Shown here piece after piece: positions 21,301-31,229 of a DNA stretch of 64,000 bases. The DNA is taken from the NCBI GenBank assembly GCA_963754875.1, contig CAVWHO010000008.1, positions 379,066 to 443,065 on the forward strand, read 5' to 3'. This DNA comes from Nitrospirota bacterium (GTDB taxonomy: Bacteria; Nitrospirota; UBA9217). Both the position numbers and the translations under genes were made by a program. The notes under the pieces are model-generated. The model saw nothing but the letters and a program-made list of their open reading frames with translations, was not told the origin of the DNA and searched no databases. How positions within the stretch are numbered: the stretch's first letter is position 1; each line of letters opens with the position of its first letter.

Positions 21301-24154
21301 GCGAATCTGTCTTGGCTGTATAATCTTTTCCGCTAATAGCCGTGCCACCTGTGAACGCGTACTCCACTGTTACCGGTTTTCCGCTCACTGCCCCGAGCGA
21401 CACCTCCAGCCGGGCCGGGTTCGTCTTCTCATCCCCGCTCGAAACCGCGTGCATGAACGCCACCGCGGGCATGGGCGTGGTGTTCACGATAGTATGGCTG
21501 TGCGTCGTAGCTCCCCCCAGTATGGCGTTTTTTGCGCTCTTCAGGCTCACGTCCACCGTCTTATTGTCGTCGTAGATCCCATCGTTCTTGATGTCGAGCT
21601 CAATCTCCTGTTTTGTCTCGCCCGGGGCGAAGGTCAGGCTGCTTCCCGCCATCGCGTAATCCTTCCCCTTGATTGCCGTCCCCCCGGTCACCGCGTACTC
21701 CACCGTCACCGGCTTGCCGCTCGCTGCGCCGAGCGCCACCTCGAACCGGGCCTGCCCTACCTTGTCATCGCCCCGGGATTCCTTTCGGCTAAAGGACACC
21801 GTCGGCGCCGGATCGCTGTCGACGATGGTCACCGTGCTCTCTGTGCTCTTTCCCTGCGTCGCGTTCGTGGGGGCTCCCATGCTCACCACGACCGTCTTGT
21901 CGTCTTCGTTGATGCCGTTGTCCGTGACATCCACGGCAATCGTTGCGCTCTTTGTTCCCGCCTTGATCACGACCGGGCTCGCCGTAATCGTATAGTTGCC
22001 GGGAGTTTTCGCCGTTCCACTCACCTTGAACGGCACCGTCACGTCCTTGCCCGACAGGGCCGACAATTCGACAGCGATGGTCGCCGGTCCTCCGTTCTCC
22101 TTCGCCTGCTGGCTCGTTGACGTAAACGTCACTGCGGGCGCCGGGTCCGCATCAATGATGGCATAACTATGCATGGTCGTGCTTCCGAGAACGGCCCCTT
22201 TCGGATTTTTGAGGCCGACCTCAATGGTCCTGTTATCCGCATTCAGCCCGTCATCCCTGATCCCAAGCTCGATGGTCTTTACCGTTTCCCCCGGGGCAAA
22301 GGTCAGGGTCTGGGCACCGTCCTTCAGCGTGTAGTTCGTCTCGCGGACGGCGGTGCCACCCGTGACGGCATATTCTACCGTCGTCAACTTGCCGCTCGCT
22401 GCGCTTAGAGTCACCTCAAGCCGGGCGGGACTTACCTTCTCGTCCCCGTACGAACTGGGGAGCGTGAATGACACCGTGGGCATGGGCGTGGTATTCACGA
22501 TGGTATAGGTATGTGTTGTGACGTTTCCCAACACACTGTCGGCAGACTTCAACAGGCTTACTTCGACGGTCTTGTTGTCATCGTAGATGCCGTGATTTAC
22601 AATCTCAAGCTCGACGGTCTTTTCAGTCTCGCCCGGGGCGAAGGTCAGGCTGCTTCCCGCCATCGCGTAATCCTTCCCCTTGATTGCCGTCCCCCCGGTC
22701 ACCGCGTACTCCACCGTCACCGGCTTGCCGCTCGCTGCGCCGAGCGCCACCTCGAACCGGGCCTGCCCTACCTTGTCATCGCCCTGGGATTCCTTTCGGC
22801 TAAAGGACACCGTCGGCGCCGGATCGCTGTCGACGATGGTCACCGTGCTCTCTGTGCTCTTTCCCTGCGTCGCGTTCGTGGGGGCTCCCATGCTCACCAC
22901 GACCGTCTTGTCGTCTTCGTTGATGCCGTTGTCCGTGACATCCACGGCAATCGTTGCGCTCTTTGTTCCCGCCTTGATCACGACCGGACTCGCCGTAATC
23001 GTATAGTTGCCGGGAGTTTTCGCCGTTCCACTCACCTTGAACGGCACCGTCACGTCCTTGCCCGACAGGGCCGACAATTCAACTGCGATGGTCGCCGCTC
23101 CTCCGTTCTCCTTCGCCTGCTGGCTCGTTGACGTAAACGTCACTGCGGGCACCGGATTCGTATTAATAATGGTATAAGTATGCACCGCGGTACGCCCTAA
23201 TAGCGCATTCGTCGGGTTCTTGAGGCTTACCTCGATAGTCTTGCTGTCCGCATTCAGACCGTCATTAAGGATGTCTATATTTATGTCCTTGACAGTCTCG
23301 CTGGGTGCAAATGTCAATGTCCCGTCCTGCAATTTATACTTGATGCCGCGGACGGCGGTACCGCCCGTTACAGCATACTCCACGGTCACTGGCCGAGCAT
23401 TAACCGAACTGAGCGCTACCTCGAGTCTCGCAGGGCTTGTCTTATCAGTGCCGCTGGAACGCTTCAGAACAAAATTTACGATATTCTCACGAAAGTCCGT
23501 TCCCAGGCTCGGGGAGCGGTACACGGACCGCGGTTTGAAATCGATCCTTCCGCCCTCGCCATCGGCCGTTTTTCCCGCCGCAAACGTTTCCAGGGACCCT
23601 GAAAGCTGACGGACTGCTTTCTGCAACAGTACTTTGGGGTCATGAATCACGCCGAGTCCAAGAATCCCGGGAGAATCGTCACCTGCCAGGCCCACGCTAT
23701 CGGCCCACAATACACGAGGATTATCTGTTGCGGCCAGGAGCCTGACTGCCATGGAAATCCGGGGAACGCCGTCTGCATTGTAGGACTCCACCGTGGCAAG
23801 GAGAATGGCGTCGGCCCCAACCTCTCTTTTGAATGCCTCAGCAGTAGCTGCATCCACCCCCATTGAAGGGCGAAAACGATGATTCGACAGGATCGATTTA
23901 ATCGGCGCTTCATCGAGGACGTCGACCCGCTGCGATTTCAATTGTTGCGTCAGTGCTTGCCGGATATCTTCTTCAGGAATGGCCGAATTACTCCTGTTTT
24001 CAATAGGAAGGACGACGATGCGAAGTCTGGTTGCGTCGTCTGGCACGATCTTCCCTGCCGGTCCTTTCACCATCGAACACCCGGTCAGTAACACCAAACC
24101 GGTAAAAAAAACGGCTGCAATCGTTCTATTTAAAAAGCTTTTTGATAAGATCAT
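18334..24154 (-). CDS. Giant lipoprotein: CsgG-like domain + 14 Calx-beta-like repeats + CsgG-like domain (OscG-like by position), with an apparent frameshift near 18445
   Basis: Lipobox LLTGC; IVVLPIENRS and IAAIPFFNQS domains; repeats with VTVEYAVTGGTA..DY..LTFAPGET. The shifted frame gives LGDDGVTLFGLGNIKTA..TTW* (stop 18334), mirroring AGDDSPGILGLG in domain 1. Confidence 0.85.
19113..23156. repeat. Near-identical intragenic repeats: 1011-bp three-domain unit and a larger block duplicated at 2349-bp offset
   Basis: TGGTATAGGTATGTGTTGTGACG recurs at 19141, 20152 and 22501. Shadow ORFs repeat at 19151/20162/22511 and 19820/22169. Confidence 0.95.
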
Positions 24155-24695
24155 CGACAGCCTTTTCCGTTATATCGTTCATAAGCGTTCCTCCTCCGCC
24201 GAAAAGCCGGTCCGTGACGCCTATGCCGCCCTGAGTTGAGGAAGCAGACCATATAATTCTGCCCGTCTGCGTTTCAATCATCTGCAGGTTCAAGGAAATA
24301 GCGTTCGAAGCGGCGGAGCCGGATCTCACTTCGCCATACTCTTTCACGACGCCCGTTATCACTGCATCCACCTTAACAACGCTTGAGAACTTTATTGCCT
24401 CATCGGTGGAGGGTGCCGTCGGATCGGCCAATCCCAGTCGCGTGATACCCCGCTTCACTTCACCGACAGGGATTACGTAGAAAGCGCCGGTAGCCAAAAG
24501 CCTGGTCATTAAAACTTCCCTCACCCGGTCACTAGCGCTCTGCTCCTTCGACTGGTTAGCAAGGGGCATAACCGCAACATTCTGGATCACCCCAAAGTCC
24601 ATGTTCGGATCCCGAAAGACGCCGGCACTTTTGTGAGCGCATGCAGTCAGCGAAATAGCCATTAATAGCAGCACAATAGTTCTCTTGACATTCAT
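24126..24695 (-). CDS. Small CsgG-like lipoprotein (OscF-like by position)
   Basis: Lipobox SLTAC; VAVMPLANQS, VDAVITGVVKEYG and LQMIETQTGRIIWSAS motifs. Confidence 0.85.
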   Translation of the reverse strand: MNVKRTIVLLLMAISLTACAHKSAGVFRDPNMDFGVIQNVAVMPLANQSKEQSASDRVREVLMTRLLATGAFYVIPVGEVKRGITRLGLADPTAPSTDEAIKFSSVVKVDAVITGVVKEYGEVRSGSAASNAISLNLQMIETQTGRIIWSASSTQGGIGVTDRLFGGGGTLMNDITEKAVDDLIKKLFK

Positions 24696-24715
24696 TACTC
24701 CCCCCCCCTCTTCAG

Positions 24716-26986
24716 TTAAAAAAATAGCATCAACGAAGCGGTCGTGATCCTCGTCGTAGACTGCTGCACATCGGTGATGTCATCCTCCGTTACATAGGCA
24801 ACTTGTGCATAGGACCGCCCTGCCATAAGCCATCGGATACTCGATGTCAGCACCCTGGTGGTAGAATTGCTTTCTGTCATCAGTCCCTCGTTGTAGGAGA
24901 TGCCTAACTGGAGTTTCCCCCCTTGGAAAGGTGACCAACTCACCCCGTAACTCTTTGTCCTGTTGCGTCGGTATGCCGATGAAGTTGTCCCCATGGACCC
25001 GGCGAGGTACAGGGTATTGAACGGGGAATACGCCAGACTCATATCCTCCTGATCGACCGGCGTTGTCGAATCCGGTAATCCGCCGCCCGACTGTTCAATT
25101 ACCGAATGGGAGGTCGAATAGGTAATCGTCATTGTTTTTAGAGGTGCCAAACTGGCTCCGAAAGTATAGAGCGAAGTGGTACTCTTCCTTTTGTCCTCAG
25201 GGACCTGAACACTAACCCCCCCGTTTAGATAGATAGAAAAATTCCGGTACAGATCCGCATTATTGTTCAGAAATACAGAATTTGTACTAGTACGACCGAC
25301 AAATGATTCGTGGGTCGAGCCGCTGTATATAAGACTGTCTCTCAATGTGCTCAGAGGAACTGCTTGGAGTGATGTATTATATGCATAGGTGACCGCGTTC
25401 CCCTCCGTTGGATCGAAGGTATCCGACCGTTCAGCATGCGCCAGACCGGAGAAAATATTGTTGAATCGATGGGAGACTGACAGGCCATTCGTAATTGATG
25501 AATTCCTTGCCGTTGAATTCCCGTTATTTGTGCTTTGATTCAAATAGGTAAAATCGTAAAACAAGGCAGGACTGCTCAAAAGCATGACCCGGGTGCCTAC
25601 GGCGGAATTCTCGATGGTCCCCGCACTCGTTCTTGTCATGCCTGTTGCGGTAGACTGATTCAGGAATGCCTTGAGTTCGGTCACATATATGCCCGGATAG
25701 AGCAACGCTTCTCCGACTGGAGAAAGAGGACTCACGACGACCTTTATGTATTGCGTCGTCACGTCCGGGATGGCCAGCTCAAATCGGCCGACTCCCAGCA
25801 GTGGGGCATAGGGCTCGTAGGTGGCCGGCATGACCGAAGTATACAAAACCCAGGTCTGGTTATCCGAGCTCGTGTAGATATCCATCTTAAAGGAGTTGGG
25901 CACTGTCGGATTATCGCTCAGATAGGCCGGGGAGCCGGTATTATTGACGGAATATACCCACAGCTCAAGATTGTTCAGCTCCGATGCAGTCCCGAACCTG
26001 ATTCCGATATTGCGTGGTGCGGTGTCCAGCGGCCATGCTGAAGACCCGATATTGATTGCATTGTTCATGGTTCCTTGCACATCGTTGTCTATCAACCCCG
26101 GAAGCGAATGGAGCGAAATATTTTCGGGGACCGTGTTGCTGACAAAAAGGCCGTCAAAGGCGAACACAGGCGTAAGTATTTGTCCGGATGCCCCCGTTGT
26201 CATGAAGTCGGTCGAGACAAGGGAAGCATAATAGCTTGCCGAAAATGAAACCCGGCCGTCAAAAAAAGCATCACCATAAGCGACCCGCCCGCTGTTCGTT
26301 ACCGTCTTCGTCTCCGTATCGTTGACCTTGTCCCGGGCATCAACGTAGTGCCCGTCATATGTCGTGGAGAGGTTTTTCCAGTCATACCGCAAACGCAGCC
26401 ACCCGTCATCGGTTACTGTATTCTGACTCATATGCTCCTTATCGTAGGAAAGAGTTTGGATCGCTCTTAGGTCCAACGTCGGCAGAGATTCAGGCATCCA
26501 TCGAAGGTAGCCGCTATAGCTCTCATTTATGGTCGTCGTTTTCGGCGAGCCTGCTACTCCCGTTTCGGTAATCATCGAATTATAGTTCCCTGATGCGGTG
26601 TACAAAGGGGTTTTCATCGTAAGATCGACATACGGTCTTTCTAGTGTAGTAGTGGATGAGATCTTTGACGCATCAGTTTTATCGGTGATATCGGTTCTGG
26701 TCCTCTGGAGAAGGCCGGAAGCATACAACCGGAGGTTTGGAGACAATAATTTATCAAGGATGAGATTGTATTCGTCAACGAATGAATTAATATCGGAGTT
26801 GGAAGCAGTGCCTGTGGAATCCTTGGAAGCGGTATCAAGATGAGTGTACGTCAACCCCACATGACCACTCAGTTCATCAGCCAGGGCCGGCCGAAGCACA
26901 ATCCCCGGAAAAAGTACCGTCCATAAGCACCCTAGAAAACAACAGGCCATCCATCCGTTTTGGTTATGTTGTCCCGAGAACCCCAT
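24716..26986 (-). CDS. Predicted outer-membrane beta-barrel protein with central insertion domain (OscE-like by position)
   Basis: Signal peptide, amphipathic Thr/Ser/Tyr-rich strands, C-terminal Phe. Central segment YTSSDNQTW..TTQYIKVVV. Confidence 0.75.
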   Translation of the reverse strand: MGFSGQHNQNGWMACCFLGCLWTVLFPGIVLRPALADELSGHVGLTYTHLDTASKDSTGTASNSDINSFVDEYNLILDKLLSPNLRLYASGLLQRTRTDITDKTDASKISSTTTLERPYVDLTMKTPLYTASGNYNSMITETGVAGSPKTTTINESYSGYLRWMPESLPTLDLRAIQTLSYDKEHMSQNTVTDDGWLRLRYDWKNLSTTYDGHYVDARDKVNDTETKTVTNSGRVAYGDAFFDGRVSFSASYYASLVSTDFMTTGASGQILTPVFAFDGLFVSNTVPENISLHSLPGLIDNDVQGTMNNAINIGSSAWPLDTAPRNIGIRFGTASELNNLELWVYSVNNTGSPAYLSDNPTVPNSFKMDIYTSSDNQTWVLYTSVMPATYEPYAPLLGVGRFELAIPDVTTQYIKVVVSPLSPVGEALLYPGIYVTELKAFLNQSTATGMTRTSAGTIENSAVGTRVMLLSSPALFYDFTYLNQSTNNGNSTARNSSITNGLSVSHRFNNIFSGLAHAERSDTFDPTEGNAVTYAYNTSLQAVPLSTLRDSLIYSGSTHESFVGRTSTNSVFLNNNADLYRNFSIYLNGGVSVQVPEDKRKSTTSLYTFGASLAPLKTMTITYSTSHSVIEQSGGGLPDSTTPVDQEDMSLAYSPFNTLYLAGSMGTTSSAYRRNRTKSYGVSWSPFQGGKLQLGISYNEGLMTESNSTTRVLTSSIRWLMAGRSYAQVAYVTEDDITDVQQSTTRITTASLMLFF

Positions 26987-27000
26987 TCTCCTGTTCTATC

Positions 27001-28413
27001 CTATCGTTCACCCATCATGGCCACCCATGAAGGAGAACCACTGACATCAATATCGGAAATGCTTTTTCCGCTGATCAGATTGACGACCGTGAGGACCTTC
27101 CGGTCGGGAATAAGCATATAGAGATTATCATTATCGTTATCGATCGTCATGAAATTTACCCATCCCTTCGTCGGGATGTATTCTACAGGAGTAACCGCAA
27201 GTGGGTCATACACCGTGACCACTGAGTCATATTTTTTACCCACGTAAATGCGATCAGTCCGGGTATCCACCTTGATAGAGCTCACTCCCAGTCCTATAAA
27301 ATCCCGACGCACCAGAGAGAAGGACTCGGGGTTGATCGTATAAAGGTACGGATAAGATGCGTGGATTACATAGAGCCGGTCCCCGTTGCGATTGAACTGT
27401 CCTCTCAAAGGTTCGGGCCCTGTCGCAATCGTTCCCATGACTGCCCTGCCGGCGATATCGATAACCGATATATTGTCGGAATGGTTGTTAAAGACATAAG
27501 CTTTCCTGCCGGTTTTTTCGATCAGAATGGAGCATGGCCGGTTACCTACGGGGATCCTGGTTACCTCCATCCGAAGTCCGGTGTCAATGATGCTTACCAT
27601 ATTGGAACCGGAATCCACCGCCAACAGTGTGCGTCCGTCCGGCGTGAGGACCAGTTCTTGGGGTTCATCTCCCCGGATCAGCACGATCCTGTCCAGGACA
27701 GTCCCGTCTGCGACGTCGATCACCTCAATTGCGTCTTCATCGCTCAATGCCGCATATGCCATCTGATGCGTTTGGTCAACAACCATGCCTCGGGGGCCGG
27801 CTCCCGTAGCGATTACCCCTATTGCCTCCATTTTCACCTTATCGAACACCGTGATCGTATTCAAACCAACGTTCGTAACATAGCCGGTAACTCCAGGGAC
27901 GGGAGTCGGAGGGGTGTATATGAAAAACGCCGGACTGAAATGGTATCCGTCAGGTATGGATTCACTAAATTTTAATTTGAGGGAAAGCACATATGCCTTT
28001 TTCCGCTCCACCTTGAACATAAATTCCCTCTTGCTCGGCGCCTCAGGGACCAGGAGAGCGGCTTCGCCGTTCGCCGTTTCGAGCGAGGCTTTCTTGGTCT
28101 GGAAAAAGAATCCCTGGTAGGATCCCACCGGCAACCGGCCCTGTGCAATCAACCGCTGTCTTGCCATATCGTTTTTATTAAAATCGCTCACCAGGAGCGC
28201 AAGCGGGAATGCGACGCCGTCGTCCCGCACAGCCGAGATCCCTTCAAAAGAAAATTTGAGCCGCTCATCCGGCTTCTCAAATGGCTGGACATAGAGAAAC
28301 ACTTCCCCTTCATCCTCAAGCGCTGGCTCAGTTTTTAGCGGGAGCGATTGACATCCTGTAACTACCAGCAAGGCAACAAAAAGAATTTTTTTTATCCAGG
28401 CAGCCGTCTTCAT
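27001..28413 (-). CDS. YVTN/YncE-type beta-propeller lipoprotein (OscD-like by position)
   Basis: Lipobox VVTGC; GYVTNVGLNTITVFD and IPVGNRP repeats; ATGA overlap with the upstream cytochrome stop. Confidence 0.87.
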   Translation of the reverse strand: MKTAAWIKKILFVALLVVTGCQSLPLKTEPALEDEGEVFLYVQPFEKPDERLKFSFEGISAVRDDGVAFPLALLVSDFNKNDMARQRLIAQGRLPVGSYQGFFFQTKKASLETANGEAALLVPEAPSKREFMFKVERKKAYVLSLKLKFSESIPDGYHFSPAFFIYTPPTPVPGVTGYVTNVGLNTITVFDKVKMEAIGVIATGAGPRGMVVDQTHQMAYAALSDEDAIEVIDVADGTVLDRIVLIRGDEPQELVLTPDGRTLLAVDSGSNMVSIIDTGLRMEVTRIPVGNRPCSILIEKTGRKAYVFNNHSDNISVIDIAGRAVMGTIATGPEPLRGQFNRNGDRLYVIHASYPYLYTINPESFSLVRRDFIGLGVSSIKVDTRTDRIYVGKKYDSVVTVYDPLAVTPVEYIPTKGWVNFMTIDNDNDNLYMLIPDRKVLTVVNLISGKSISDIDVSGSPSWVAMMGER

Positions 28414-29699
28414 GGGAGAACTCCTGTGTGACACTTATGGCAGAGCGTATCCTGATTGAGGGCGAATCGACTTTCTGTTATTCCGTCATAGGCCATTTGT
28501 GCTTCAAGTTCGGTGCGTCCCTGCCCATAGGGTTGATAGGGTTGGCCTTGCTGCGCATACAATCCGTTGGAAACGATGAAGTCCGTTGTCGTATTCCATC
28601 GCGTAGCCCCGTCCCAACCCGAAGCATGCGCCCGGTGGCACGTGAGACACATCACCTGGGCGTTTACGGAATCCGGTCCGACGAGATAGGAATCATCGTT
28701 CTTCGCATGGGATTTGAGCACGGCATAGCTGGCGGTTCCCTCTTCAAAGGGGACGAGGGAAAGGTACGACATGGTCGAGATCCCGGTGAGATCGCCCGTT
28801 TTAAGGTAAGCGTTATAGTTGCCGCTGTCCGTGAAACCGAGCTTGGCAATGCTTCCTACGGGATGAATTGTCGCTGTTGTCGATGTCGGGGAGCTGAAAA
28901 TCTTGTGCATCGTCGTATGGCAGTTCTGACACCACTCGGACATTCCCGACCCATAAGCCACCCGGGTCTGCGTTACCGCCTCGGATCTGTTGTACACATC
29001 CGGCGCAACCGCAGCAGGCGGGTCGTACGTAAAAGGAATGCTGCCAGGAAGGGATTTAGGCTGATAATTTTCCCCACCCAACATCCGATAGACGCCTACG
29101 GAATAACCGATTTGCGGGTCGGGACTGCTTGCATAGGAACCCGAGCTTTGAATTGCGCTGCCGCTCGTGGTGATCGTACCATCGACATTTCTGCGATATT
29201 GGCCGTGGGGATCGTGACAGCTGATACAAGCGAGGCTCGTCGACGGATAGGTCCCCTCGGGAGCCGTTAAATTTGTCACATCGGCCATATAGGAATAATC
29301 GGCAGCCGTGATGTTGTGGCCGTGTCTTTCCCCGTGGCTGTAGAGCGGCGCCTGCGTTGCATCGGGGACCCAGAAATAGTCCTTTTTGAGCCATCCAAAA
29401 TCACCGCCCGGGGTAATCTGCCGGGGCGGCAGACCGGGGAGCAAATCGGAGGAAGCGGTACTCACAAAGAAATAGGTCGGGCCGACGGCTCCCGCTCGCT
29501 CGTGGCAATTGAGGCAGACCGAACTGGCATCAGAGGCGATTAAGAGGCTTTTCGAGGACAGATCAGAACCATTATGCATGGAGTGGCAGGCATCGCAAGG
29601 ACCAACGCCGCCATTGTGAAAAGCAAAGACTGCCCCTGCAAACGTAAGCATGACCGTGAGGAGCGTCAGTGCAACGAGTGCCGTTTTTCGGAACTTCAT
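28410..29699 (-). CDS. OmcS-family hexaheme cytochrome c, second paralog
   Basis: 6 CxxCH; mature start FHNGGVGPCDACHSMH; TPGGDFGWLKK, GMSEWCQNCH and CLTCHRAHASG motifs. Start codon uncertain (29699-29756). Confidence 0.92.
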   Translation of the reverse strand: MKFRKTALVALTLLTVMLTFAGAVFAFHNGGVGPCDACHSMHNGSDLSSKSLLIASDASSVCLNCHERAGAVGPTYFFVSTASSDLLPGLPPRQITPGGDFGWLKKDYFWVPDATQAPLYSHGERHGHNITAADYSYMADVTNLTAPEGTYPSTSLACISCHDPHGQYRRNVDGTITTSGSAIQSSGSYASSPDPQIGYSVGVYRMLGGENYQPKSLPGSIPFTYDPPAAVAPDVYNRSEAVTQTRVAYGSGMSEWCQNCHTTMHKIFSSPTSTTATIHPVGSIAKLGFTDSGNYNAYLKTGDLTGISTMSYLSLVPFEEGTASYAVLKSHAKNDDSYLVGPDSVNAQVMCLTCHRAHASGWDGATRWNTTTDFIVSNGLYAQQGQPYQPYGQGRTELEAQMAYDGITESRFALNQDTLCHKCHTGVLP

Positions 29700-29822
29700 C
29701 AGTAGGTAAAAATTCCTCATAACCATCTGCGTGCCGCATACCAATCGCGAGCGCATTACTATACCATTGAATTGTTCACGAGAGAATAAAAAAATGCATG
29801 AGAATATATATTATAATGGCAG

Positions 29823-29856
29823 AAAAAAGGAGGGCCGGCAATCCTGTCGGCCCTCC
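29823..29856 (-). terminator. Intrinsic terminator directly after omcS
   Basis: Minus strand GGAGGGCCGACA-GGAT-TGCCGGCCCTCC followed by TTTTTT. Confidence 0.85.
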
Positions 29857-29889
29857 CGGTTTAACATAAATCTACACACCTAGCAACCA

Positions 29890-31125
29890 TTAGTCTTTTG
29901 CATGGCACTTGTTGCAGAGAGACCGCTGGTAGCTGGAAAAGGACGCCACGGTCCTGCCATAGTAGGCAGCCTGGGCTTCCGCGGCGGTCTGGCCGCGAGA
30001 TACCTGCGCGAACGCGCTGTTGGTGACCATAAATTCGCTGTCGTTAAACCATCTCGTCATGTGATCGAAACCTGAGGCATGTGCACGATGGCAGCTGAGG
30101 CACATGACCTGCGAATTTGAATCCGCACCAGTATCGGGTGCGCCCAGAGCTTTGGCCTGGGTTCTAAGCGTCACCAGTGCATTCAGCTGGCCGCCTGTGC
30201 CGCCTACTTCGAACGGGACCAGTGAGTTGTATGCCGAAGCGACAATGCCGGTCATGTTGCCCGACATCTTATAGGCATTATAATTGTTGATCTGGTCGGT
30301 CGTGAACTTACCATCAGTGCTGACCGGGTGCGAATGCTTGGTGGAGGTGCCTGAAAGCATGTCAGGATGGCAGGTCGCGCACCACTCGGACATACCGGAG
30401 CCGTAGGCAACGCGAAGCTGCGTCGAGTCGGTTTCCGCAACGTTGTAGGTGCCCGGTGCAACGGCAACAGGCGGATTCGCCGAGAAGGTAACACCACGTG
30501 AGGCATCGCCGAGTCCGCGGAGCAGACGATACACACCGATTGCCTGGCCGGCAGCCGGCGTGGCGCTGGTGTTGTACGAGCCGGACCCGATGATCGGCGC
30601 CCCGCCCGTAGAAAAGGTCAAATTCGACATAATACGGTTACGGCCGTGGTTGTCATGGCAGCTGTTGCAGGCGAGATTCCCGGCTGAGAACGTGCCACCA
30701 GGCGCTGTCGTGTTGATCGTATCCGGGCCAAAACCAAAGTCGCCCGCAACGATGTTGTGACCATGTGTAGAGCCAAGGTCGCTGTTTGCGGCGTTGCGTA
30801 CGACAAAGAAATAATCTTTCTTCAACCATGCGAAGTCGCCGCCGGGGGTATAGTTAAGAGGAGCGACGCCCGCGGCCGGTAAGGGCCACGTCAGTTCGTG
30901 ATAGCTGCCTGTTGCCGCGTTTGCGTGGCAGGACAAGCAGGTGGAACTCGGATCCCCGCCAACCAGCAGCGCGTTCGTGGTTGCACCATCTTGGCCATCG
31001 TGAATATTGTGACAACCCGTACACTCGGCGACACCGCCGCTATGGAACGCAAAACTTACGGTGCAGAGGCCGAATATAAAGGCGACCGCAACAGCAATGA
31101 CAAAGCTTAATTTAACAATCTTCAT
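29890..31125 (-). CDS. omcS: OmcS-like hexaheme nanowire cytochrome
   Basis: Mature N-terminus FHSGGVAECTGCHNIH, GHNIVAGD, GMSEWCATCH, CLSCHRAHASGFD and C-terminus YQRSLCNKCHAKD, all as in Geobacter OmcS; 6 CxxCH; AGGAGG RBS before ATG 31125. Confidence 0.92.
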   Translation of the reverse strand: MKIVKLSFVIAVAVAFIFGLCTVSFAFHSGGVAECTGCHNIHDGQDGATTNALLVGGDPSSTCLSCHANAATGSYHELTWPLPAAGVAPLNYTPGGDFAWLKKDYFFVVRNAANSDLGSTHGHNIVAGDFGFGPDTINTTAPGGTFSAGNLACNSCHDNHGRNRIMSNLTFSTGGAPIIGSGSYNTSATPAAGQAIGVYRLLRGLGDASRGVTFSANPPVAVAPGTYNVAETDSTQLRVAYGSGMSEWCATCHPDMLSGTSTKHSHPVSTDGKFTTDQINNYNAYKMSGNMTGIVASAYNSLVPFEVGGTGGQLNALVTLRTQAKALGAPDTGADSNSQVMCLSCHRAHASGFDHMTRWFNDSEFMVTNSAFAQVSRGQTAAEAQAAYYGRTVASFSSYQRSLCNKCHAKD

Positions 31126-31150
31126 GAACATCCTCCTATTAAATGATGTG

Positions 31151-31229
31151 CTCCGGCAGCCCGGCCGTCCTGAGTTCAGGACCCGTAGACTTTGTGTCCC
31201 CACCTTGCGATGGGTTTACCCGTTCGGAG
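31151..31229 (-). ncRNA. GEMM-I (c-di-GMP-I class) riboswitch aptamer in the omcS leader
   Basis: Minus strand CTCCGAACGGGTAAACCCATCGCAAGGTGGGGACACAAAGTCTACGGGTCCTGAACTCAGGACGGCCGGGCTGCCGGAG: P1 CTCCG/CGGAG, P2 with GCAA tetraloop, GACACAAAG junction, P3 and conserved 3' TGCCG. Confidence 0.9.

Noticed and set aside
19151..23131. Repeated plus-strand ORFs (206, 108, 79 and 318 aa) and a possible CRISPR or other array
   Set aside because: These are antisense shadows of the coding repeats; the units are hundreds of bp and in frame, with no repeat-spacer structure.
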